From: Promethearchaeota archaeon
GTDB lineage: Archaea > Asgardarchaeota > Lokiarchaeia > Sigyniarchaeales > SOKP01
Direction of reading: 5' to 3'
NCBI GenBank assembly: GCA_048939015.1
Contig: JBHLPW010000004.1
Location: 50,663-114,662, forward strand
Length of the DNA stretch: 64,000 nucleotides
Under the pieces are notes generated by a model, which was not told where the DNA came from, ran no database searches, and saw nothing but the letters and a program-made list of their open reading frames with translations. Positions 10,578-20,453 of this stretch are shown here, piece after piece (positions within the stretch are counted from its first letter, which is position 1; each line of letters begins with the position of its first letter). The translations under genes were made by a program, and so were the position numbers.

Positions 10578-10699
10578 ATTTTTTATTATTAATTTTGAAA
10601 AATATTTAAACCAATAGTCTCATATTAATTTAAGTTTTTAAACCAAAAAAAATTAAATAATCATGTCCTTAATATTTTAAAAAATGTAAGGTGTGAAAT

Positions 10700-10912
10700 T
10701 TGAGTATTGAAGAACTGCAAGATGAAGTTGATAAATTATTAGAAGAAATGGATGAACTTCAAGAAGTTTGTGATACACTCCCCCAATGTGATGAAGATGA
10801 TGGCTGTGCTACATGTGAGACAAATAAAAAAATTGAAGCGCTTGAACAAAAAATTGAAGATCTAGAGAATAGAGTAGAAGCACTATTAGGCGAAGAAGAA
10901 GAAGAAGATTAA
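10700..10912 (+). CDS. Small acidic coiled-coil protein with a 4-Cys loop
   Basis: SD-like AAGGTG before a TTG start; two heptad helices flank C-x5-C-x5-C-x2-C. Confidence 0.7.
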   Translation: MSIEELQDEVDKLLEEMDELQEVCDTLPQCDEDDGCATCETNKKIEALEQKIEDLENRVEALLGEEEEED

Positions 10913-10988
10913 TCAGATCTCCCATTTATATGATTAAAATATAAAATTTATTTTTATTTCTTTTATCTCGTACTTTCTGAATCTTTAT

Positions 10989-12275
10989 TTATAGATTTTT
11001 AAATAGATATCTTAAATTTCTTGACATAATGAATTGTTGTATCTGTCTACTTCCTCCAATGATCTCTTGAATCCTCGAAATGTTTAAATGATCATGCATA
11101 AGGGTGTTATCACATAAACCTGCTCCGCCCATTAAGTTTGCTGATTCGTAGCATACTTTCTTAGAAAGCAAAGCACAATTATATTTATATTGGCTTCCTA
11201 GGGCAACAAATGCACGGGATATGTTATCTGGGAGTTTTCCTCCATATTTCTCCATTTTTTCATCATAACTTTCACAAAATTTCAAAATACCGTGTGTAAG
11301 AGCTGTAGTTTTGGCTAATAGATCTGTCAATGTAAATCCAACTCCTTGAAATAACAAAATTTCTTTATCAAATTGTTTTCTCATATTAGCATAAATAATT
11401 GCATGTGATAATGCTCCCCAACATTCACTTACACCTCTAACAGCAATAGAAATTCGTTCTGGTACCAATCCCTCAAAAAGATGTTCTCTTCCTTTACCGA
11501 CAGGACCCAGTATATATTCTTTTGGTACTCTTAAATTTTCTAATCTTTCTTTTCCTAAGTATAATTTTGGAACCCAAGGTATTCCTACACGGTCACAATT
11601 CCATCCTTCCCAGCTTGTATCAATAAGAAACTGAGCCATCAAGTTTCCATTATTCTGTTCTGCGGTTGCATACGCTACTGCCCATTTGGACTTCGGAGCA
11701 TTAGTATTAAAAATTTTAGTTCCATTTAATAAAAATGAACCGTCTTCCTGTTCCTCACATGTTGTTAGCATATGTACTGCATCAGACCCCCTCTCAGGTT
11801 CAGTAATTAATAAACATCCAGTGGTTTTTCCAGTTACTAAATCCTTTAATGCCTCTAGTCGTATTGGAATGTTTTCATGATGCTCATAAATAGGGTTAAT
11901 ACAAATTACAGTTGCACCACTTCCCATAGTAAACTGAGGATCGAAGAAATCCATTGCCAATATTCTCATAAAATCCATCGTCATCCCAAATTCCTTATAT
12001 TTTAAATCAATGCAATCATAAGCATGTTGACGAGTAATATACCCTCGTTCACCAAAAGCAGGATACCACTCATAAATATCTTCCTCAGCGCCGTGGGTGA
12101 TGTTATTTTCTTTTTCAAATTTTAAACAAAAATCCTGGACTTCTTTAAGAAATGAAAATTGTTCTTCTGTAAGAATAAGAGATAAATTCTCATTAAGAAA
12201 ATTGTATCTATTATGTAGTTTTAGTTTTTCCAGGATTTCATCATTAATAACTTGAGTTTCAAATTTTTTTTTCAT
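10989..12275 (-). CDS. Acyl-CoA dehydrogenase family protein (paralog 1)
   Basis: ITEPERGSD, LNGTKIF, RKQF, FQGV and MGGAG motifs; ATG at 12275 follows GGGTG. Confidence 0.93.
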   Translation of the reverse strand: MKKKFETQVINDEILEKLKLHNRYNFLNENLSLILTEEQFSFLKEVQDFCLKFEKENNITHGAEEDIYEWYPAFGERGYITRQHAYDCIDLKYKEFGMTMDFMRILAMDFFDPQFTMGSGATVICINPIYEHHENIPIRLEALKDLVTGKTTGCLLITEPERGSDAVHMLTTCEEQEDGSFLLNGTKIFNTNAPKSKWAVAYATAEQNNGNLMAQFLIDTSWEGWNCDRVGIPWVPKLYLGKERLENLRVPKEYILGPVGKGREHLFEGLVPERISIAVRGVSECWGALSHAIIYANMRKQFDKEILLFQGVGFTLTDLLAKTTALTHGILKFCESYDEKMEKYGGKLPDNISRAFVALGSQYKYNCALLSKKVCYESANLMGGAGLCDNTLMHDHLNISRIQEIIGGSRQIQQFIMSRNLRYLFKNL

Positions 12276-12468
12276 TTTAATATACACCCATCATTTATTA
12301 TATAACTTTCAAAATATTTTATCTTCATATATTCTTTTGCATATTTTTAAAAATAAAAATATTTAAAGAATTTAAACGAATCTTCTAATGGAATATTAAG
12401 TTATATATAAAATGAAATTCTAATCTATAAATTATAATTTGTAGTAATCAAATAAAGAGATGATTTAA

Positions 12469-13767
12469 ATGTCTGAAAAACAAAAGTTTGAGACACAAGT
12501 TATTAATGATGAAATTCTTGGGAAATTAAACCTTAAAAACCGATACGCGTTTGTAAATAATAATTTAACTTCATTATTATCTCAAGATGAATTCAACTTT
12601 TTTCGAAAAGTTCAGCGGTTCTGTCTAAGGTTTGAGAAAAAAAATGAGATTACTCACGGTCCAGAAGAAGATGTGTATGAATGGATTCCTGCGTTTGGAG
12701 CTGAAGGTTTTATTACTCGTCAGCATGCTTTTGAAATGATAGATGTAGATTATCCCGAATGGGGACTAGCAATGGATATGCTTCGAACAATCGTAGTTGA
12801 TAACTTTGATCCTCAATTTTCAATGGCAGAAGGTGCTACAGTATTGGCAATAAATCCAGTTTATGAGCATCATGAAAATATTCCTGTAAGATTGGAAGCT
12901 TTAAAAGAGTTAGTGACAGGTCACACTCCTGGAGCAATTCTTATTACTGAACCTGAACGAGGTTCTGATGCGGTTCACCAGCTAACGACCTGCGAGGAAC
13001 AAGGAGATGGCAGCTTCTTGTTAAATGGAGAAAAAGTGTTTAATACTAATGCCCCTAAATCCAAATGGGTAGTTGCTTATGCTACTGCGGAACAAAATAA
13101 CGGAAATATGATGGCACAATTCTTGATAAATACAAATTGGGATGGTTGGAGATGTGAACGAGTTGGAATACCATGGGTCCCAAAAGTTTGGATAGGAAAA
13201 GAAATATTGACCAATCTAAGAGTTCCAAAAGAATTCATACTTGGTTCAGTTGGAAAAGGTCGTGAACATCTTTTTGAGGGATTGGTACCAGAACGAATAG
13301 CTATTGCATATGCTGCTATTGCACAGTGCTGGGGTGCCCTTTCACACGCAGTAATTTATGCTAACTTGAGAAAACAATTCGATCAGGAGATTTTAAAGTT
13401 TCAAGGAGTCGGATTTTTGCTAGCAGACCTGTGGGCTAAAACTACTAACCTTACATTTGGACTTTTGAAGTTCTGCGAAAGTTTCGATGAAAAATATATA
13501 AAATTCGAAGGGAACATTCCTCGAAATATTAGCCAAGCTATGGTTGCATCTGCGAGTCAATTTAAATATCAAGCTACAGCACTTTCAAAGGAAGTATGTT
13601 ACGAAGCGGCTAACTTGATGGGCGGAGCAGGTTTATGTGATAATACTTTAATGCAAGATTATCTAAATATTTCTCGAATCCAAGAAATTGTTGGTGGAAG
13701 TAGGCAAATCCAACAATATATTATGAGTTTATCACTTAGAACTCTATATAAAATGTCTGTTTCCTAA
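12469..13767 (+). CDS. Acyl-CoA dehydrogenase family protein (paralog 2)
   Basis: Same ACAD motifs as paralog 1. Confidence 0.93.
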   Translation: MSEKQKFETQVINDEILGKLNLKNRYAFVNNNLTSLLSQDEFNFFRKVQRFCLRFEKKNEITHGPEEDVYEWIPAFGAEGFITRQHAFEMIDVDYPEWGLAMDMLRTIVVDNFDPQFSMAEGATVLAINPVYEHHENIPVRLEALKELVTGHTPGAILITEPERGSDAVHQLTTCEEQGDGSFLLNGEKVFNTNAPKSKWVVAYATAEQNNGNMMAQFLINTNWDGWRCERVGIPWVPKVWIGKEILTNLRVPKEFILGSVGKGREHLFEGLVPERIAIAYAAIAQCWGALSHAVIYANLRKQFDQEILKFQGVGFLLADLWAKTTNLTFGLLKFCESFDEKYIKFEGNIPRNISQAMVASASQFKYQATALSKEVCYEAANLMGGAGLCDNTLMQDYLNISRIQEIVGGSRQIQQYIMSLSLRTLYKMSVS

Positions 13768-13795
13768 ATAAATTAAAAAAATTTTGTTTTTTATT

Positions 13796-16045
13796 TTATT
13801 TTGTATCAGGGATTAATTTGAAAATTCCTTCTAAGTTATTTGAAATTGCTTTTCTGGTAAATAAATAAGGAATATATTTACCCTTTACCCATAATTTTAT
13901 TAAGTCTTTGTAATGTTTATGGAAAGGTAATCCCGATTGTCCTCCTGGTAAAGCCCCAATTGATTTATCCCAATCAGAAAGATCATGTATTTGTCGATAG
14001 GAAGGGCCTACAACAACATCATAATCGCTTAAACGATCATAAGATCCATTATTAAGTGTATTTGCATCTCCGCCAAGTTTAAACGGTCCTGCATTTAAGA
14101 TTTTGGCATCTTTATTACCAAGTGAAAAAGGATGAGTAAGAGTAAGTTTATGTAGATTTCCCCACTGCCATTTTTTATAATCTGTTGAAATTTCATCCGT
14201 TAGAAAAGTGATTGTATCAATAAATGAAGTAAGCAAAATTTCTTTTAATTCATTCATATTTTCCTTATAGGAGGCAATAATGCGCTCTAAATTAAATGGA
14301 CGACTTCCAGAAAATAATTTCAATATATCTTCGCCAATAATAGGTTTTAATAAAATTTCAAGTGTCTTTTGATGCCATATTTTAAAAATTGTACCAGCAA
14401 TACTAGTTTTAGTCAAATAATAATTCCATTCTTCTAGTAAAAATATGTATTTTGAGTAATTATTAGACTTTTTATTAGATTTTAGATGTTTTAACATAAT
14501 AGGCAATAATTCTGCAGCTTCTTCGCTATATCTATCAAGTTGAAATTCCTGAAAGTCTTCTACAGAAAATTTTTCCTTTGATTGCATTAATTTTTTTAAT
14601 CTAATTTGTCTATATGGTTCTATTCTATCTTGAGCTATCAATAGACCATTTGGTGCTTTATCTTCATTAAAATTCGCAGTATAAACAAAGCCTTCCTTAG
14701 GATTATAAAGTGAGAATAATTGTTCAAAAGAAGATAAACTCTTCCAATTAAATTTTTCATTTGTACCTGGAGTTATTGTAGAACCATCTCCAAAATTTCT
14801 TATGGGAATTCTTCCACCATGTTGATGACCAATATTCCCGTTTACATCTCCATAAATAAAGTTTTGAGGATTAATTGTTATATATTTTATTCCCTCTCTA
14901 AATTCTTGCCAATTTGAAGCTTTATTAATATGAATAAAACCTATAATATTTCTTTCAAGTTCTGGTTCAAAACTTGACCACCTTAAAGCATATATACCTG
15001 GGAGATTAAACTTATAATATCTTTGATTGTTGTCAAAAAACTCTACAACTGGACCAAATCTTGATATTAAAACTTTATGTACTATTGGTTCAGGGATATC
15101 TTGAACTTTAATTTTTTCTTCATAAACTTCAAAATCTATCCAATCTCCATTATAATTATATTGATTCGGATTTTTTGGATTTAATTCCAATTCAAATAGG
15201 TCTATTGTATCGGCAGTTACATTAGTTAAACCCCAGGCTATATTTTGATTATGTCCTATAACAACCATAGGTAATCCAGGAAGCGAAGTGCCCATCACAT
15301 TTAATCCTGGACAATTTAAATGTATTAAAAACCATATAGCGGGATTTGTAAGAGCAAGATGAGGATCGTTTGCCAATAATACAGCTCCAGATTCAGATTT
15401 ATTAGGACTAACAGCCCATGCATTGCTTCCTTTAGATTCCTTAACATATGTCTCGGGAAAAAAAGAAATGAACTCTTTAGCTTTTTTATGACCTAATTTT
15501 ATTATTAAATGCTCACGTATTACTTCTAAAGGAAAATTCCAATTACTTAAGTTCCATTCAATCATACTAATAATCTTAAAAGAATCTTCGATTAACCAGT
15601 CACGAGGTTTAAGATTTAAGATCGAATATTCAATAGGAGGATTTTCTCGAGCTTTTTTTATACCACAATTTACCCCATTTACATAGCTACTTATCCAATT
15701 ATAGCCCTCTGAATTTTTATTTTTTTCTAATTTTGATGCGCATTTTTTTGCCAAACGATGTAATCCAATTGTTCTATAATATTTATCACTAATGATAGTT
15801 GATTTTCCTGTTAACTCTGATAACTCTCCAGAAATTAAACGTCTAAATGTTTCCATTTGCCACAATCTATGGCTTGCGTGAAGATATCCTTGAGTAAAAT
15901 ATAGATCATTTAATGATGTTCCATAAACATGTGGAATTCCCCAATTATCCCATAATACTTCAACTTCTTCCTGAATTCCCTTAATCTTTTCCGATCCAGA
16001 TATTGCTGGAAACGCCTTCTTTGCTGTATTAAGTAATCCTTCCAT
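13796..16045 (-). CDS. Penicillin acylase family (Ntn-hydrolase) protein
   Basis: WDNWGIPHVYG, RLWQME, nucleophile GSNAWAV, LLANDPHL, PGGQSG. Confidence 0.92.
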   Translation of the reverse strand: MEGLLNTAKKAFPAISGSEKIKGIQEEVEVLWDNWGIPHVYGTSLNDLYFTQGYLHASHRLWQMETFRRLISGELSELTGKSTIISDKYYRTIGLHRLAKKCASKLEKNKNSEGYNWISSYVNGVNCGIKKARENPPIEYSILNLKPRDWLIEDSFKIISMIEWNLSNWNFPLEVIREHLIIKLGHKKAKEFISFFPETYVKESKGSNAWAVSPNKSESGAVLLANDPHLALTNPAIWFLIHLNCPGLNVMGTSLPGLPMVVIGHNQNIAWGLTNVTADTIDLFELELNPKNPNQYNYNGDWIDFEVYEEKIKVQDIPEPIVHKVLISRFGPVVEFFDNNQRYYKFNLPGIYALRWSSFEPELERNIIGFIHINKASNWQEFREGIKYITINPQNFIYGDVNGNIGHQHGGRIPIRNFGDGSTITPGTNEKFNWKSLSSFEQLFSLYNPKEGFVYTANFNEDKAPNGLLIAQDRIEPYRQIRLKKLMQSKEKFSVEDFQEFQLDRYSEEAAELLPIMLKHLKSNKKSNNYSKYIFLLEEWNYYLTKTSIAGTIFKIWHQKTLEILLKPIIGEDILKLFSGSRPFNLERIIASYKENMNELKEILLTSFIDTITFLTDEISTDYKKWQWGNLHKLTLTHPFSLGNKDAKILNAGPFKLGGDANTLNNGSYDRLSDYDVVVGPSYRQIHDLSDWDKSIGALPGGQSGLPFHKHYKDLIKLWVKGKYIPYLFTRKAISNNLEGIFKLIPDTK

Positions 16046-16180
16046 TTTTAAAACCAAATAATTTATGATTTTTATTTTATGTTCTAGTTAAATTAAAATT
16101 TATTAGTAGTGGATAAATTAAAAGAATTTGATATTTCAATTCTAAATTGCTATTAAATAAAAGTAAAAAAAAAATGAGAT

Positions 16181-17464
16181 TTAGAGCATTTTAAAGAGCT
16201 GTCTTAAAGCCATACTCATAATATATTGTTGTATTTGCCTACTCCCACCAACAATTTCTTGGATTCGAGAAATATTTACATAATCTTGCATTTGAGTATT
16301 ATCTGACAAACCTGCACCCCCCATTAAGTTAGCCGCTTCATAACATATCTGTTTGGAAAGGCTAGTACAATGATATTTAAACTGAGATGCACTTGCTACC
16401 ATAGCCCTAGAAATATTCGCAGGGATTTTTCCTTGAAATTTTTCCATTTTGTCATCATAAGCCTCACAGAATTTCAATAATCCGAGCGTTAAGTTTGTGG
16501 TTTTAGCCCATAAATCTGTTAGAAGAAACCCTACTCCCTGAAACTTAAGAATTTCTTGATTAAATTGTTTTCTCATATTAGCATAAATAGCAGCATGTGA
16601 AAGGGCACCCCAACATTGTGAAATAGCCCCACAAGCGATTCCAATTCTCTCTGGTACTAATCCTTCAAACATGTGTTCTCTTCCTTTTCCAACAGAGCCA
16701 AGAATATACTCTTTTGGGACGCGTAGATTTTCAAACCATTCATGTCCTAAATATAATTTTGGTACCCAAGGGATATTTACTCTTTCACACTTCCATCCTT
16801 CCCAATTTGTATTGATAAGGAACTGTGCCATCAAGTTTCCATTATTCTGTTCTGCAGTTGCATACGCGACTGCCCATTTGGACTTCGGTGCATTAGTATT
16901 ATAGACTTTTTCTCCATTTAATAAGAATGAACCATCTTCTTGTTCCTCACAGGTTGTTAGTTGATGGACTGCGTCAGAACCCCTCTCTGGCTCAGTAATA
17001 CAAATACAACCCGATGCTACTCCAGTCACTAAATCCTTAAGAGCTTCTAATCTTTCAGGAATATTTTCATGGTGTTCTATAATGGGATTAATTGCTAAAA
17101 CAGTTGCCCCACTCCCCATTGCGAATTGAGTATCAAACATATCGATTGATAAATAGCGAAGGAAGTCTGCGACTGCTCCATATTCTTCGTAAACAACATC
17201 AATTACTTCAAAATTATGAGCTCTTGTGATATAACCTTCCGCTCCAAAATCTGGAATCCAATCATAGACATCTTCCTCTGGACCATGTGTGATTTCATTT
17301 TTCTTTTCATACCTCATACAGAATTTTTGGACCTTTTTAAGAAAGTTAAATTGGTCTGGTGACAATATTGCCATAAGGTTATTATTCAAAAAGGAATATC
17401 TGTTCTTCAAGCTCAGTTTATCAAGAATCTCGTCGTTAATTACTTGATCTACATATCTTGACAT
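16181..17464 (-). CDS. Acyl-CoA dehydrogenase family protein (paralog 3)
   Basis: Same ACAD motifs as paralogs 1 and 2. Confidence 0.93.
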   Translation of the reverse strand: MSRYVDQVINDEILDKLSLKNRYSFLNNNLMAILSPDQFNFLKKVQKFCMRYEKKNEITHGPEEDVYDWIPDFGAEGYITRAHNFEVIDVVYEEYGAVADFLRYLSIDMFDTQFAMGSGATVLAINPIIEHHENIPERLEALKDLVTGVASGCICITEPERGSDAVHQLTTCEEQEDGSFLLNGEKVYNTNAPKSKWAVAYATAEQNNGNLMAQFLINTNWEGWKCERVNIPWVPKLYLGHEWFENLRVPKEYILGSVGKGREHMFEGLVPERIGIACGAISQCWGALSHAAIYANMRKQFNQEILKFQGVGFLLTDLWAKTTNLTLGLLKFCEAYDDKMEKFQGKIPANISRAMVASASQFKYHCTSLSKQICYEAANLMGGAGLSDNTQMQDYVNISRIQEIVGGSRQIQQYIMSMALRQLFKML

Positions 17465-17652
17465 ATTTACTACCCCTAACTTTAATTTGTTATATTTTTA
17501 AGTTAATTAACTATACTAGGGAAAAAGTACTTTATCTTTTTAATTTTTGTAAAAGGAATTTACGAAATTAAAAATATTGCAATTTTTTTTAAAAAGTATT
17601 TTTATGAAATAAGTAATTATGATCAATTTTTATCTAATCAATCTTCGTAATT

Positions 17653-18405
17653 TTAACAAATCAATTTTTGTATCCTATTTGATAACCTTTTTGAGATTAC
17701 CAATCCTGTCTCAAAAGGACAATTACTTTTAAATTGAATCACAGAAATAAAGTGTTCATCAATTCCTACCAAAGAAAGCACACCAAAATCTTCTAAAGAA
17801 ATGAGTTCATTAACTCTAAAATTTCCTGATATAAAACGTCCTTCTAATAATCGAATAATTTCTGATAGGATATTTGTTTCTAATGATGAAACTATAACTC
17901 GACCAGTTTGAGTCAATAAAGCTGAAGATACAACAAAAGAAGAAAAAGTGTGTAATTCATTAAAAACTGTTAATAAATTCTTTTTAATTTCATCTGAAAC
18001 CAATTGGCTATGATTCTCCATAATGTCGTTAATATCTTTCTCAAATTCGAAATATTTTGAAATTTCGCCGTTGAAATTATTCGTTAGTAGAGTTAAATCA
18101 TATTTATTGATAAATTTATTTTTAATTGCTCTTAATTGATTTCTTAGCTCAACTAAGTTGTCAGTTCGGTCGCTAAAAAGCGCAAATAATAACTCATCAT
18201 TTCCTATTTTTTCGATTTCAAATATAAACCTAAATAATCCAACTTCAATTTCAGATAATTCTTCTGTTTTTAGTGTTTGCTTTACAAAGGAAAAAATTGC
18301 ACTTAAAAAACTACTGGTTAATTTAACATTAAAAATATCTTCATAAGTTTTATAAAAGATGAGTTCACCTGTGTTTCCTTTCATTATAAAGATATTTTTT
18401 ATCAT
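17653..18405 (-). CDS. Longin-like domain plus roadblock-like domain protein
   Basis: N-terminal IFIM...GELIF, SSFLSAIFSF, LLFALFSD (longin pattern); C-terminal VVSSALLTQTGRVIVSSL (roadblock pattern). Confidence 0.7.
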   Translation of the reverse strand: MIKNIFIMKGNTGELIFYKTYEDIFNVKLTSSFLSAIFSFVKQTLKTEELSEIEVGLFRFIFEIEKIGNDELLFALFSDRTDNLVELRNQLRAIKNKFINKYDLTLLTNNFNGEISKYFEFEKDINDIMENHSQLVSDEIKKNLLTVFNELHTFSSFVVSSALLTQTGRVIVSSLETNILSEIIRLLEGRFISGNFRVNELISLEDFGVLSLVGIDEHFISVIQFKSNCPFETGLVISKRLSNRIQKLIC

Positions 18406-18596
18406 TTAAATCAGAATACTTCTAGCAAATTGATTATATATCTGTTTTATTTCTTTAATAACAGTCCATCTATAAAAATTCTTTTATTAAATATTTGCTT
18501 TAGGAAAGCGCAACAAACATACATAAAATTTTAATTACTAAATATTAACTAATAAAAGAGATATACTTGGTATAATAAACGAAATAGATATTTACT

Positions 18597-19364
18597 TTAA
18601 AATCCATCAAATTTTGCCCATTCATCTTCTTCCTCGAGTTCCTCTTCATCGTCTGTATATTCCTCGATTTCATCGCTTCTATAACTTTCAGTTGCCTCTT
18701 CCTCAAAATCTTCCAGTTCATCTTCAAAAGTAATTGCCTCTTCTAGATCAGTTATAGTATCGGCAGAGACCTTTATTTCTGGAATAGGTTCTTCTAAAGG
18801 TTTTTTCTTCTCAACCAATTTTAAATAATCTCCATGGATCTTAATAGTTATAGGTGTCTCTTCCTGAAGTAGTCTTACTACGACCTCTTCACTACTACTA
18901 GTGTCATGAGGCATACGCATTACTAATGCTCGGGATCCTTCAAAAACCCCACTGATAATTTCTACCGTATCTCCTTCTTCCAAGTATTCGGTTACACTTC
19001 TTGGCAATAAGACATGCTTTAATTCAGTTAACTTTATGTTCTGTACAATTCTTCCTTTAATATGAGGAATTCCTTGAACAGCAATTTGTACATCTCTCTT
19101 CTGAGGTGCCTCAAAGAAAATATAACCTGGTAACAAAGGAGATACAAGCATAGCTCTTATATCTGGTATTACTTCTAAAATTTTAAATCTATAGAAAATT
19201 TGTTTTAAAATATTACTCTCTTGATTTATTGTAGTTCTTACCGCAAATAGTGTAGTTAAATCCTCTAGATCTTCAATTTCATCTGTTCCAATAGTTCCTA
19301 GAATATCCACTTCCTCACTTTCCATTTTTTTCATATTTTCTTCTTGATCTGTCAATATTTTCAC
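18597..19364 (-). CDS. spt5: Transcription elongation factor Spt5 (NGN + KOW) with acidic extensions
   Basis: FAVRTTINQE, LPGYIFFEA, GIPHIKG; KOW motif GDTVEIISGVFEG. Confidence 0.88.
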   Translation of the reverse strand: MKILTDQEENMKKMESEEVDILGTIGTDEIEDLEDLTTLFAVRTTINQESNILKQIFYRFKILEVIPDIRAMLVSPLLPGYIFFEAPQKRDVQIAVQGIPHIKGRIVQNIKLTELKHVLLPRSVTEYLEEGDTVEIISGVFEGSRALVMRMPHDTSSSEEVVVRLLQEETPITIKIHGDYLKLVEKKKPLEEPIPEIKVSADTITDLEEAITFEDELEDFEEEATESYRSDEIEEYTDDEEELEEEDEWAKFDGF

Positions 19365-19530
19365 GAATCTTATTTGAATTTAGGTTTTTTAAAATTTTTT
19401 TAGAAAATAAGTATATATAAGTAATAGAATTTAAAATTAAAAAATTTAACTTTTTGATAAAAATCTATTAATTTTCTTTCTTAGAATTATATTTATAATT
19501 ATATCTTAATATTATAAAGTATTTTTTAAA

Positions 19531-19905
19531 TTAGAGAGGTATATTGTTAATTTTTAGAATTTCTGGAATTCTATTTTTTCGTTCAAGCCAAGATATTTCA
19601 TGTTTCATATATCTCCAGGTAATTTCGCATTTCCCCATTTTATCTGAACTTTCGGTCTCCCATTCCCATGGATTCACAATAACAAGATCAGCTAACCTAA
19701 TCCATACGCGTTTCTTTATTTTACCTCTAATTCTACCTATTCTATGTTTTCCATCTTCACAAAAAACTTCCATTCTATCATTCCCAAAAATACCTACAAC
19801 ACGTCCAAACATTTCCCCTAATTTTTTATTAGGAAATTTTACACGAGTAACTACAGGTTCTTCTTGGGCGCCTCTTTTCTTTTGTTTTCCTTTTTTTTTT
19901 GCCAT
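19531..19905 (-). CDS. eif1a: Translation initiation factor aIF-1A
   Basis: GEMFGRV, CEDGKHRIGRIRGKIKKRVWI, DLVIV, WRY motifs. Confidence 0.93.
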   Translation of the reverse strand: MAKKKGKQKKRGAQEEPVVTRVKFPNKKLGEMFGRVVGIFGNDRMEVFCEDGKHRIGRIRGKIKKRVWIRLADLVIVNPWEWETESSDKMGKCEITWRYMKHEISWLERKNRIPEILKINNIPL

Positions 19906-19935
19906 TTTTATATTATACACTTATTATAATAATTT

Positions 19936-20271
19936 TCATATTTTATCATCGGGAAGATATTGCCCTTTCACAAAAATAACTTTTATTGGATTATCAGAAT
20001 CGTTTCTGATGTTATGCATTTCTTTGGGTTCACATAAGAATGCAGTCCCCTGAGGTGCGAGATATTCTGTATCATCAATAATCATTACGCCATCACCTTC
20101 TGCAAAATAAAAAGTTTCATCTAAAATATTGTGACCATGTGCTTTTTCGCCCATTGATTCTCCAGGCTGAAGTAGTATAAGTCCCCAATCAATAGAAGGC
20201 CCTCTCATTAGATATTTAACTCCAGATGTTCCACCTCTATAGTCAAAATCATTTTCATGAACTTTTTTGAT
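19936..20271 (-). CDS. Cupin domain protein (probable ATC start)
   Basis: HGH...ETFYF..G...EMH cupin motifs. Upstream in-frame IKKVHENDFDYRGGTSGVKYL is bounded by TGA at 20278-20280. Confidence 0.82.
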   Translation of the reverse strand: MKKVHENDFDYRGGTSGVKYLMRGPSIDWGLILLQPGESMGEKAHGHNILDETFYFAEGDGVMIIDDTEYLAPQGTAFLCEPKEMHNIRNDSDNPIKVIFVKGQYLPDDKI

Positions 20272-20453
20272 AGTATCTCACCAAATCGTTGAATTATATT
20301 ATAAAACAAATTATCTAGATTAAATTATAAATCTTACTTATAATAAAAAGAATAAAAATTTGATAAACTTAATTATTATGTATTTTTTTGTATAATGAAT
20401 TGAAAAAGATATAATAAATTTAGCAAATAAACAAATATGGAAGTTTAGAGTTA

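Noticed and set aside
19544-20053. 169-aa plus-strand ORF and other short overlapping ORFs in the track (e.g. 46399-46875, 35905-36225)
   Set aside because: They overlap well-supported genes and carry no recognisable motifs.
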